64,000 bases of DNA from assembly GCA_963821525.1 (NCBI GenBank), contig CAWGED010000019.1, positions 160,001-224,000 of the forward strand, written 5' to 3'. The translations under genes were made by a program, and so were the position numbers. Every line of letters begins with the position of its first letter. Within the stretch, counting starts at the first letter, position 1. The notes beneath the pieces are model-generated. The model did no database searches. It saw only the letters and a program-made list of their open reading frames with translations, and had not been told where the DNA came from. Origin of the DNA: an uncultured Gemmatimonadales bacterium. Lineage in GTDB: Bacteria; Gemmatimonadota; Gemmatimonadetes; Gemmatimonadales; GWC2-71-9. Below are positions 1 to 8,505 of the stretch, piece after piece.

Positions 1-698
1 CTCTTTCGGCGGAGCCCTCTCATCGCGGCGGTGAGCCGCCGAGATTCGTCCTCGTCTCCAGCATGGCGGCGGGCGGCGCTTCGGAGCGGGGGCGGCCGCT
101 CAGGGGAGACGAACCTCCCCGTCCAGTGACCGCGTATGGCCGGAGCAAGCTCGCCGGCGAGGCTGTCGTTCGGGTTTCAGCGCTTCCATGGACCATCATT
201 CGTCCGCCGATGGTCTATGGTCCGCGCGACACAGAGGTGTTCAAGGTCTTCAAGCTGGTTCGCAGTGGACTGACCCCGGTGTTCGGAGATGGGCGGCAGG
301 AGCTTTCTGCGGTGACCGGCCCCGACCTAGCGCAGGCCTTGATCCTCGCCGCCAGCAGCGCCGCGACCGTGGGTAAGACCTACTACGCCTGTCACCCTGA
401 GGTCTTTACCAGTGAGCAATTCGCCCATGCCGTTGCCGCGGCGATGCATCGCGAAGTGCGGGTGATCAAGCTGCCCAACTGGCTCGCCGTCGTTGCCCTC
501 GGCGCGACCGGCGCCTGGGCCTGGGCTACTCACAAGCCCACCATTTTGACACCGGACAAGGCGCACGAGTTCTACCAGCCGGCCTGGACCGGAGATCCAG
601 CCGCTCTGATGCGCGATACCGCGTGGAGGCCGGCCCAGAATCTGGCAATCGGGCTCGCGGGCGCGGCGCAGTGGTACCGGGACGCAGGATGGCTTTGA
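1..698 (+). CDS. NAD-dependent epimerase/dehydratase family protein (5' truncated by window edge)
   Basis: SS before the ORF start, YGRSK (YxxxK) and RPPMVYGPRD motifs of extended SDRs. Confidence 0.85.
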   Translation, partial: LSAEPSHRGGEPPRFVLVSSMAAGGASERGRPLRGDEPPRPVTAYGRSKLAGEAVVRVSALPWTIIRPPMVYGPRDTEVFKVFKLVRSGLTPVFGDGRQELSAVTGPDLAQALILAASSAATVGKTYYACHPEVFTSEQFAHAVAAAMHREVRVIKLPNWLAVVALGATGAWAWATHKPTILTPDKAHEFYQPAWTGDPAALMRDTAWRPAQNLAIGLAGAAQWYRDAGWL

Positions 699-1631
699 TG
701 CAGGCAGAAGACGGGGCATCGCGTCCGTCCGGTCGAGTACCTGGTCGGCGGTTATCTCGTGATCACCAGCGTCCTGGCCTTGATCCGACTCGAGAATCAG
801 CCGGCGTGTGCGTGGGTGCTCCTGGCCAATGCGCTCTACCTCCTGCTTATCGTGCTGTTCGTGCGGGCGGAACTGGGGGCGATCGGAAAGGGACTCCGCG
901 AGATCTTCCCCTTGGTCCTGCTCACCTCCACCTATGGTGCGCTGGATCTCCTCAACAATTTCGGAGCTATCCCGACCCACGATCAGTGGGCCATGCATGC
1001 CGACCAGGTGTTGTTCGGCGGCCAGATCTCGCGGGAGTGGTGGCAGGCCCACCCCAGTCCGTTTCTCTCGGCCCTATTCCATGCGTCCTACTTCGCCTAC
1101 TACCCGATCGTTGCGTTACCCGTGCTGTACTTCCTGTTCACGGGTCGGATCGAAGCCTGCCGCCGCTCGGTCCTGTGGCTCACGGGGACCTTCCTCGGCT
1201 GCTATCTCCTGTTCCTTGCCGTTCCGGTAGCCGGACCGTACTACGATTTTCCGCGACCCGACCCCGTGATCATGGACAATCCAATGGCCAGGCTAGTCTA
1301 TGCGACACTTGCCCGGGGGAGTTCCTACGGCGCGGCGTTCCCGTCGTCTCACGTGGCAGCCGCACTCGTGGCTACGGCCGCCGGATTTCTCGGGGTCCGA
1401 TGGATCGGATGGGTACTGACGGTGCCGTCGATCCTTCTTTGTATCGGAGTGGTCTACTGCCAGATGCACTACGGAGTGGATGCCTTGGCCGGAGGAGCGG
1501 TTGCGCTGCTGGTTATCGGCTCAGGCTGGTGGGCGGAACGCGGCAGGGAGGGAAACGAATCGAGGACCGAGGCGAGGCGTCGCGCCTCACACTCGGTCCT
1601 CGATTCTCAAAACCTCAGTCCTCAGTCCTGA
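698..1631 (+). CDS. PAP2-family membrane phosphatase/phosphotransferase (Aur1-like); probable indel near the 5' end
   Basis: Multiple TM segments, AFPSSH and HYGVD motifs; ATG overlaps the upstream TGA but lies in another frame. Confidence 0.8.
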
Positions 1632-1645
1632 CTCCTCGTCACACC

Positions 1646-2134
1646 CTACTGAACGGTGATCGTGCCCCGCATGTTGAAGGCGAGGTGAGGAGTGCAGTGG
1701 ACGTGGTATACTCCCGCCGGAGCGCCCGCGAAGGAGATCTCGTAGGTCTGGTCGGGCTGGACCAGCATCGGACCGGTCAGCGGAGCGATCACGTCCTTCA
1801 TCGCCTTATCGAGAACCGGCCCCGCGCCGGCCGGGATGCTATCCTTATCGAAGGCGACGTTGTGCGGGCCGCCGGTGTGATTATGAAAGCGCACGACGTC
1901 GCCGGACTTGATGGTGACACTCGCGGGATCGAACTTGCCGACCTTGCCGTCGAAATCCATGTTCACGTCAACCGTGTTGCCGGAGCCGGCCATCGCCTGC
2001 TGGGCCGACGGGGTGGCAACAGCGGCACCCGTGTCAGCCGCGGCGGCCTGCTCCGGGGCCTTCTTTTCACCACCGCACGCGGCAACAGCGAGCAGCAGCC
2101 CCGCCGCGAGAGAAGTCACACGCATTGCGACCAT
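1646..2134 (-). CDS. Plastocyanin/azurin-family blue copper lipoprotein
   Basis: Lipobox LAVAAC, Ala-rich linker, PHNV plus CTPHLAFNM type-1 Cu ligands. Confidence 0.9.
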   Translation of the reverse strand: MVAMRVTSLAAGLLLAVAACGGEKKAPEQAAAADTGAAVATPSAQQAMAGSGNTVDVNMDFDGKVGKFDPASVTIKSGDVVRFHNHTGGPHNVAFDKDSIPAGAGPVLDKAMKDVIAPLTGPMLVQPDQTYEISFAGAPAGVYHVHCTPHLAFNMRGTITVQ

Positions 2135-2161
2135 CCTCCATCAGAGTGTTTGAGAGCGGGC

Positions 2162-2179
2162 TTGTGAATTCGGGCACAA
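2162..2179. promoter_or_regulatory. Rex-type operator upstream of the cupredoxin gene
   Basis: TTGTGAATTCGGGCACAA versus consensus TTGTGAA-N4-TTCACAA (2 mismatches). Confidence 0.55.
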
Positions 2180-2211
2180 AGATAGCGCGCCGGTCTGAAA
2201 ATGGGAGGGCC

Positions 2212-2979
2212 GTGCCCTCGTGTTCCGGCCTGGGAAAACAGTGCCGTGAGCTCCCTGTGCTCCTCAAGATAGGAAGCCTCGAAGAAGGCCCCGACTCGCT
2301 GGATCATGAATCAACCTGGCTGCTGGGGCATACAGCGCAGGTCACCTTCGGCGACCTTCGCATAAAGGGGCAGGATTTGCTCGTCCCGGCAGTGCTCCAC
2401 GTCACATGCAAGCACCTGAAGGACGGAATGACCGGTGAGGCACGCTGCCAGGTCCATGGCTTCGAGGGATTAGCGCCTCCGGTCAGCACCGGCGCTCAGC
2501 AGCCCCGCCAGTTGGGCCCCGACCGGTTTCAAGTGATCCAGGACCACAAGCCGGTCAGAAAGGTCCTGCCAAATGTCCGACGAAGCCTTCCCGTGCTGCA
2601 GGGAGACAATCCGTGCGCCACAGCGCCGTGCCGCACCGCGGACAACCGGATAGGGGCTGCCTGCTGTCGCGATCTCCAGGTCGAGATCATGTGCGAGCGG
2701 GACGAGGTGGAGCTGGAGGCCCTCGTTCGTTCTCGTCGCTCCCCCTATCTTTGTAAGGTCACCAGGGAGGGGGATCACTCTCTGGAGGCCGAAATCATCT
2801 CGGCCTGCGGGTATCTCGAGGCCGGCACCCGGAATTGCTCGCTCCACGGCCGCACCAGGGAGGATGGCCGTCCGGCCAAACCGGACCTGTGCAGCGACTG
2901 GCCCCCAAAGGGAAAGGGGCTGCATCCGGGATGTGTTTTCGGGGCCTCCTCGGGCCGGAAAAGAAAGAAAAAGTTGTAG
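2212..2979 (+). CDS. Cys-rich protein, YkgJ/CxxCxxCC cysteine-cluster-like, apparently with two related domains
   Basis: C..C..CC, CGYL..NCSLHG..KPDLCSDWP; N-half TCKHL..RCQVHG; GGAGG before GTG 2212. Confidence 0.65.
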   Translation: MPSCSGLGKQCRELPVLLKIGSLEEGPDSLDHESTWLLGHTAQVTFGDLRIKGQDLLVPAVLHVTCKHLKDGMTGEARCQVHGFEGLAPPVSTGAQQPRQLGPDRFQVIQDHKPVRKVLPNVRRSLPVLQGDNPCATAPCRTADNRIGAACCRDLQVEIMCERDEVELEALVRSRRSPYLCKVTREGDHSLEAEIISACGYLEAGTRNCSLHGRTREDGRPAKPDLCSDWPPKGKGLHPGCVFGASSGRKRKKKL

Positions 2980-3058
2980 CAGCAGGAACAGGCAAGTGTG
3001 TGGGTTAAGCGGAGTTCCGCGTCAATGATGAAGCCGCGGGACTTCCGGAGAAAAGCCG

Positions 3059-3571
3059 ATGGCGGATGAACTGGAGGAACTCTACCGCACTACCTATCCC
3101 ACCGTCGTACGTTTTCTGTACCGACGGGTCTGGGACGCGGATAGAGCACAGGATCTGGCCCAGGAGGTCTTCATGCGGCTCATGGCCCACCGGCCGGAGA
3201 AGCCGCGGGCCTGGTTGTTTGCGGTGGCGGCGAACCTGGCGCGGGATGAAGCTCGCGCCGCGGTGAGGCGCAAGCGGCACCTGACGCTGTTGAAGGACGA
3301 CCCGGTAACCCTCCCGTCGATTCAGCCCTCGGCGGAAGAGACGGTCGAGCAGGACGAACGGCGCTCGAAGGTGGAAGCGGCGTTGGGAGCTCTTACCAAG
3401 CGGGACCGGGAGGTGCTGCTGCTATGGGACGCAGGTATGAGTTATCCCGAAATCGCCCAGCAAACTGGCCTTGCTCTGGGAGCCGTGGGCACGACGTTGG
3501 CCCGGGCCCGGAAGCGGTTGGTCGACGCATATGATCGAATGGAGCAGCAGAGCCGTGCGGCACATTCCTGA
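3059..3571 (+). CDS. ECF RNA polymerase sigma factor
   Basis: AQDLAQEVF, WLFAVAANLARD, and region-4 SYPEIA..GAVGTTLARARKRL. Confidence 0.92.
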   Translation: MADELEELYRTTYPTVVRFLYRRVWDADRAQDLAQEVFMRLMAHRPEKPRAWLFAVAANLARDEARAAVRRKRHLTLLKDDPVTLPSIQPSAEETVEQDERRSKVEAALGALTKRDREVLLLWDAGMSYPEIAQQTGLALGAVGTTLARARKRLVDAYDRMEQQSRAAHS

Positions 3572-4577
3572 CGAAGAATTGCATGCCTATCTCGACCAGG
3601 CGCTGAGCCGTTCTCAGTGCGTGGAGATCGAGAGCCACCTCGCCGAATGTCCCGGCTGTAGCGCGCGCCGGGATGACACGGCTGCGCTCAGGGACCGCAC
3701 TACCGCCCTGCTCGCCCGTCTAGGTCCCGGACCGATTGTGCCACCAAGCTTCGCCATATTGAGCGACCGCTATGAAGCGGAACGCCGGTGGCGCCGCCAG
3801 TGGACGGTACGGGCGGGTTGGGCTGCCAGCCTGATCGTGGCGGCCGGCCTCGGCTGGAGCGTGAATCAGCGGGTTCACTCCCAAGTGGTCCGACTCGACA
3901 CGGAAGCGCCGATCGCCATCGCCCCGGTCGCGATTCGCCCGCTCCCATCCGATGCCCGACCCACCGCCCTTCCTGCCGTCCAGACCACCAAGCCTCAGCC
4001 GACCCGTCCCAGGCAAGCCGTGGCACTCCGCGAGCCGACTTCGGCCCGTCTGCCGGTGGCAGCGTTCCAGGTCGCGGACGAATCGGCCGAGGTGATGGTG
4101 GCGTCCTACGCGCCGGCTCCGGAGGGAACCGACCAGGCGTCTCAGGAAGTGTTCTCGGTGGAGAGCCAGCCTGCGGTGAGCGGGGGCAACCTGCAGGGCT
4201 TCTGGCGCAACGTCGGCGTAGACGGGCTGGAGCCGTCGACTCCCGGCCAGCTCGCTCGCGTCCCCGGGTTGCCGGTGATCCAGGTGCAGGTGCAGCCCGG
4301 CGAGGCCGGTGCCGAAGTCACCGCGGTTGATCAGCAGTTGGAAGACGGTCAGCTCATCCGGACTATCGAGGGTCCGGCCGCCAAAGTCTCCTCGCTGATT
4401 GCCAACCAGGAGGCGGAGGACGCGTCAAGCCGCCAACCGGACGCTGCGAACGGAAACCAGCCGGACAAAATGACCCTGACTTTGCGTCAGGGAGACCGGA
4501 TGCTCGCCGTGACCGGGCCCTCGAAGGTGCTCGGGAACCTGATGATTTCGCGTGGGGGCGTGCGGAGGCGATACTAG
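3555..4577 (+). CDS. zf-HC2 (ZAS) transmembrane anti-sigma factor
   Basis: HLAECPGC motif, one TM helix, overlaps the sigma gene. Confidence 0.85.
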   Translation: MRHIPDEELHAYLDQALSRSQCVEIESHLAECPGCSARRDDTAALRDRTTALLARLGPGPIVPPSFAILSDRYEAERRWRRQWTVRAGWAASLIVAAGLGWSVNQRVHSQVVRLDTEAPIAIAPVAIRPLPSDARPTALPAVQTTKPQPTRPRQAVALREPTSARLPVAAFQVADESAEVMVASYAPAPEGTDQASQEVFSVESQPAVSGGNLQGFWRNVGVDGLEPSTPGQLARVPGLPVIQVQVQPGEAGAEVTAVDQQLEDGQLIRTIEGPAAKVSSLIANQEAEDASSRQPDAANGNQPDKMTLTLRQGDRMLAVTGPSKVLGNLMISRGGVRRRY

Positions 4578-4581
4578 ACTC

Positions 4582-4690
4582 GCGGGGAACGGGGAACGGG
4601 CCAGCCGAAAATATCACAGCCCTCCTTGGCGAAGCGCCAACGGAGGGCTGATTGTTTTACGATCAACCGTTCCCTGTTCCCTGTTCCCGC
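4582..4690. repeat. Inverted heptamer arms (GGGGAAC / CCCTGTT) enclosing a GC hairpin between convergent genes; possible bidirectional terminator
   Basis: ggggaacggggaacggg ... cagccctcc/ggagggctg ... ccgttccctgttccctgttcccgc. Confidence 0.7.
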
Positions 4691-4691
4691 T

Positions 4692-6053
4692 TTACCGCTG
4701 CTTGTGCCTCCGCTCGATCACGTCCGCGGCCACATAATCGCCCGACGCCTCTTCATGCTCGAACTCGCCGGTGATTTCCTGATGTGAATGTCCGCGTTCC
4801 CGATCCAGCGTGATTTCGGCGAGCCGCGGGGAGACCATCGGGAAGGTGCGAGCGAAGATCCCATAGCAGAGCAGGAACAGTCCCAGGAATGCGGCGGTCG
4901 AGGCGAGCTCCGGCATGCCGAACACCGGACCCGGCTCTCGAGTCACCGAGGGCATCACGTCGAGATAGCGCTCCAGCCAGAGCGACACCAGACTGATCGA
5001 GGTGAAGAGTGCCAGGGTAAACGGCACCTTCTTGGGCAGCACACCGAGCAGGCCGAAGAAGGGAATGACGAACATGCCGAGGAACACGGTGCTGCCGATC
5101 GGGCGCCAAGGACCCCAGAGCCTGGCAAACAGGAATCCGGTTTCCTCGGGAAGGTTGCCGTACCAGATCACCAGGAACTGAGCCCACATGAGGTAAGCCC
5201 AGAATACGGTGAAGCCGAAGCAGAGCTTGCCCAGGTCGTGCCGCTGCTTGGGAGAGACGAGAGCGGCGATTCCCACCTCGTTGCGCCCGTAGAGCATCAG
5301 TAGCGCGAGAAGGGTATGGGCTCCCAGGAACGCGCCCATGAAGAACCAGCCGCCGAACAGGTTGGAGAACCAGTGGGGCTGCAGACCCATGACCATGTCG
5401 AATGCCACCAAGGTAAAGACGATGGCATAGACCACCACATACGCCGGAGCGAGGGTGTAGATGGTGTGATCGTTCCGCGCCCTGGCCTCGGGGGAGTCGT
5501 CATAGCCCGCGGTCCAGCGATCGTACATGGTGCGGCGCCGGCCGGTGAGCAGGGCCTTGGTCTCGAACATGTCGGGGATCAGGTCCGCGCGGATCAGCCG
5601 GTAGCCCAGGTAGTAGAGCAGGCACAGGCCGATGAAGAGCCGCCAGAACATGAAGCTGTGCGATAGCCAGAGCTCTTTCGCGTGCCCCAGCCCTTCCATC
5701 GCCGGGAAGATGTGGCTGTAGCCGACGGTGAAGATCAGCAGGAATCCAATCAGCGATACCGGGAAGAACAGGAAGGCGGCGGCCTCGGAGAACCGGATCA
5801 TCAGGCCCGACCACTTGGCCTTGGTCACCTTCTGCACCGCCACGAAGGCCATGCTGCCCCCGGTGAGGCTGGTGAAGAAGACCCAGTTCACATGAAAGAG
5901 GTGCCAGGCTCGATCGGCCTGAGCGCCGGTAAGCGAGATGCCGAGCAGGATCAGACCGGCCACGCTCAACACCGCTCCGAGGCCGACGAACAGGCTATAG
6001 CGCGCCGAGAGAGCCCGGATCGCGAGGGTTTCCCGTACGACTGTGCTGGCCAT
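4692..6053 (-). CDS. actF: Alternative complex III subunit ActF
   Basis: NrfD-like polytopic membrane protein with PHWFSNLFG and QFLVIWYGNLPEE; last gene of the act operon. Confidence 0.85.
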   Translation of the reverse strand: MASTVVRETLAIRALSARYSLFVGLGAVLSVAGLILLGISLTGAQADRAWHLFHVNWVFFTSLTGGSMAFVAVQKVTKAKWSGLMIRFSEAAAFLFFPVSLIGFLLIFTVGYSHIFPAMEGLGHAKELWLSHSFMFWRLFIGLCLLYYLGYRLIRADLIPDMFETKALLTGRRRTMYDRWTAGYDDSPEARARNDHTIYTLAPAYVVVYAIVFTLVAFDMVMGLQPHWFSNLFGGWFFMGAFLGAHTLLALLMLYGRNEVGIAALVSPKQRHDLGKLCFGFTVFWAYLMWAQFLVIWYGNLPEETGFLFARLWGPWRPIGSTVFLGMFVIPFFGLLGVLPKKVPFTLALFTSISLVSLWLERYLDVMPSVTREPGPVFGMPELASTAAFLGLFLLCYGIFARTFPMVSPRLAEITLDRERGHSHQEITGEFEHEEASGDYVAADVIERRHKQR

Positions 6054-6652
6054 TATTGGGCTCCTCCCGGGGCGGGAGCCGGCCCGGATCCCTGGAGCTG
6101 GCGGACGAAGTTCACGATCTGCCACCGATTTTCGCCGCGGACCTTGTCGCCGTAGAGCGGCATGACCCCTCGTCCGTAGCGGATGATGCTGTAGATGTAG
6201 CCGTCGGTGTATGCCTTGGCTCGATCGGTGAGCAGCGACAGCGCACCCATCTTGACCCCTACCAGTCCATCGCCCGCGCCGATCGGTCCGTGACAGACGC
6301 TGCAATAGGTGTGATAGAGCGTATCGCCCACGGCAGTAGCCGGCTGGCCCGCGAGCGGATTCACCACTTTGTCCGCCACGGCCGGATCGAAACCGTAGGC
6401 CAGCTGCAGCGGGTCTCCAACCTGCCAGCTCTCCTCCCCACCACTGACCGGCACCGTGCCCGGGACGGTATTCCGCGGGATGTCGCCACGCTGATAGGGA
6501 GAGATCGAGCGCTGGAAGATCATCGCGTCGAACCAGGGCACCAGGTGCAGGGCATCATCCGGCGAGGGCACGTCGTTGTAGTAGAAGTCGCAAGACGCCC
6601 CGAGGCCCACCAGCAGGACCAGTGCGGAAGCGCGCAGAGTCTTACGTCGCAT
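6053..6652 (-). CDS. actE: ACIII monoheme cytochrome c lipoprotein ActE
   Basis: Lipobox LGASC, CSVCH, GRGVMP. Confidence 0.85.
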   Translation of the reverse strand: MRRKTLRASALVLLVGLGASCDFYYNDVPSPDDALHLVPWFDAMIFQRSISPYQRGDIPRNTVPGTVPVSGGEESWQVGDPLQLAYGFDPAVADKVVNPLAGQPATAVGDTLYHTYCSVCHGPIGAGDGLVGVKMGALSLLTDRAKAYTDGYIYSIIRYGRGVMPLYGDKVRGENRWQIVNFVRQLQGSGPAPAPGGAQ

Positions 6653-7151
6653 TGCGCACCTCCACCGCACCCGCGTCCCGGACGATCCGCTCGATCTCCG
6701 AGCCGGGATCGGCCCCGGCCGGCACGAAGATGCCGATCCGGTCGTCCGAGAAGGAGGGATCATAGGCCAGGCCGGTAGTCCGCTTGGCGAGACTGAGGAC
6801 CACCAGGCCCACGACCGTGCTCAGCGCCCCGATCAGGACCATCAGCTCGAACATGAAGACCACGTAGGGCGGGACGGTCGCGATCGGTTTGCCGCCCACC
6901 AGGAGAGGCCAGTCGAGCGACATCCAGAAGGTCATGCCGACACCAGCGAGACAACCGGTCACACCGCCGACCAGAGTAAAAAGGCGTACCGGACTGTTGG
7001 TCACGCCGAGGGCTTCCTCCAGTTCATGGATCGGCGCCGCGGAATAGACCGTGAAGTTCCGCTTGCCCTGAGCCCGTAGCGACCTGATGGCGTCACAAGC
7101 CGCGTCGATGTGCTCGAAGATTGCCAGGACGCCGGGGACGGGTTTGGCCAT
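6642..7151 (-). CDS. actD: ACIII subunit ActD (DUF3341)
   Basis: DWPLLVGGKP, FELMVL, two TM helices. Confidence 0.88.
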   Translation of the reverse strand: MAKPVPGVLAIFEHIDAACDAIRSLRAQGKRNFTVYSAAPIHELEEALGVTNSPVRLFTLVGGVTGCLAGVGMTFWMSLDWPLLVGGKPIATVPPYVVFMFELMVLIGALSTVVGLVVLSLAKRTTGLAYDPSFSDDRIGIFVPAGADPGSEIERIVRDAGAVEVRNAT

Positions 7152-8502
7152 CAGTGGCCTCCCTTTCTCAACCGCGGCATCGGAATCATCTCCTTCAGCT
7201 CCTGAATCGCCACGACCGGGAAGGTCCGGGCAAAGAGGATGAACCACATGCTGAACCAGCCGAAGGAGCCGAGCAGGATGCCCCAGTCGGCCCAGGTCGG
7301 GGTCATCTGGCCCCAGGCATACGGGTCATAGTCGTTGCTGAGACTCGAGACGATGATGACGTACCGCTCGAACCACATTCCGATATTGACGAAGATCGAG
7401 ATGACGAAGAGCGCCGTCAGGTTGGTGCGGATCTTCCGAAACCAGAAGAGCTGGGACACGAACGCGTTGCAAATGATCATGGTCCAGCCGGCCCACCACA
7501 TCGGGCCGAAGGCACGGCGCCAGAACGTCTCCTGCTCGAACGGGTTGCCGCTGTACCAGGCGATGAAGTACTCCATCGCGTAGGCGTAGAACAGGATCGA
7601 GCCGGTCAGCAGGGTCAGCTTCGCCAGATTATCGAAGTGGTACTCCGTGATCATGTGCTCGATCTTGAGCGCCTTGCGGAGCGGGATCAGGATCGTCAGC
7701 ACCATGCCAACGCCGGAGTAGATGGCCCCGGCGACGAAGTAGGGAGCGAAGATGGTCCCGTGCCATCCCGGGATGATGCTCATCGCGAAATCCCAGGACA
7801 CCACCGAGTGCACCGACAGTACCAGCGGAGTCGCCAGCGCCGCCAGGTAGAGGTAGGCACGGGTGTAGTGCCGCCACTGGTTGTCGGTGCCTTTCCATCC
7901 CAGCGAGAAAAACGAATACACCTTGTGGCGCCATCCCCGCATCTTGTCGCGCGCCGCGGCGATGTCCGGCACCAGTCCCACGCACAGGAAGGTGGTGGAG
8001 ACCGTCAGGTAGGTGGAGATCGCGAAGACGTCCCAGATCAGGGGCGACTTGAAGTTGGGCCAGAGGAACGCGGCATTGGGATACGGAAGCAGCCAGTAGA
8101 AGAACCACTGCCGGCCAATGTGGATGATCGGGAAGAGGCCCGCCGTCATCACGGCGAACACCGTCATCGCTTCGGTGGCGCGGTAGACCGCGGTGCGCCA
8201 CGGACGAGCGGAACAGGAACAGGATGGCCGAGATCAGCGTTCCGGCGTGGCCGATACCGATCCAGAACACGAAGGTAGTGATGTACACCGCCCACATGAC
8301 CGGCGGTGCGTAGCCCGCCAGCCCCAGCCCATCCTTGAGGAGCATCGTGAACGTGCCGATGCCCGACCAGGAAGCAGAGCACCGCCACGCCGAGCGCGAT
8401 GAAATAACCCCGATCCGCGGTCCCCAGCGTGTTGACGACGTCGCGAGTGACCTCGGCGTGGGTCTGATTCGAATGGTGCGGTTCGTGCGCGATGGCGGCC
8501 AT
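7151..8502 (-). CDS. actC: ACIII quinol-binding subunit ActC (NrfD/PsrC family); indel-split
   Basis: [42 protein letters not shown] across frames. Confidence 0.9.
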
Positions 8503-8505
8503 CGC

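Noticed and set aside
2116..2925. Minus-strand ORFs between the cupredoxin and the sigma gene
   Set aside because: Broken by stops; the plus-strand Cys-cluster ORF is continuous, has an RBS and carries motifs
2985..3008. ECF autoregulatory promoter (GGAAC...GTT)
   Set aside because: Spacer shorter than typical; evidence too weak
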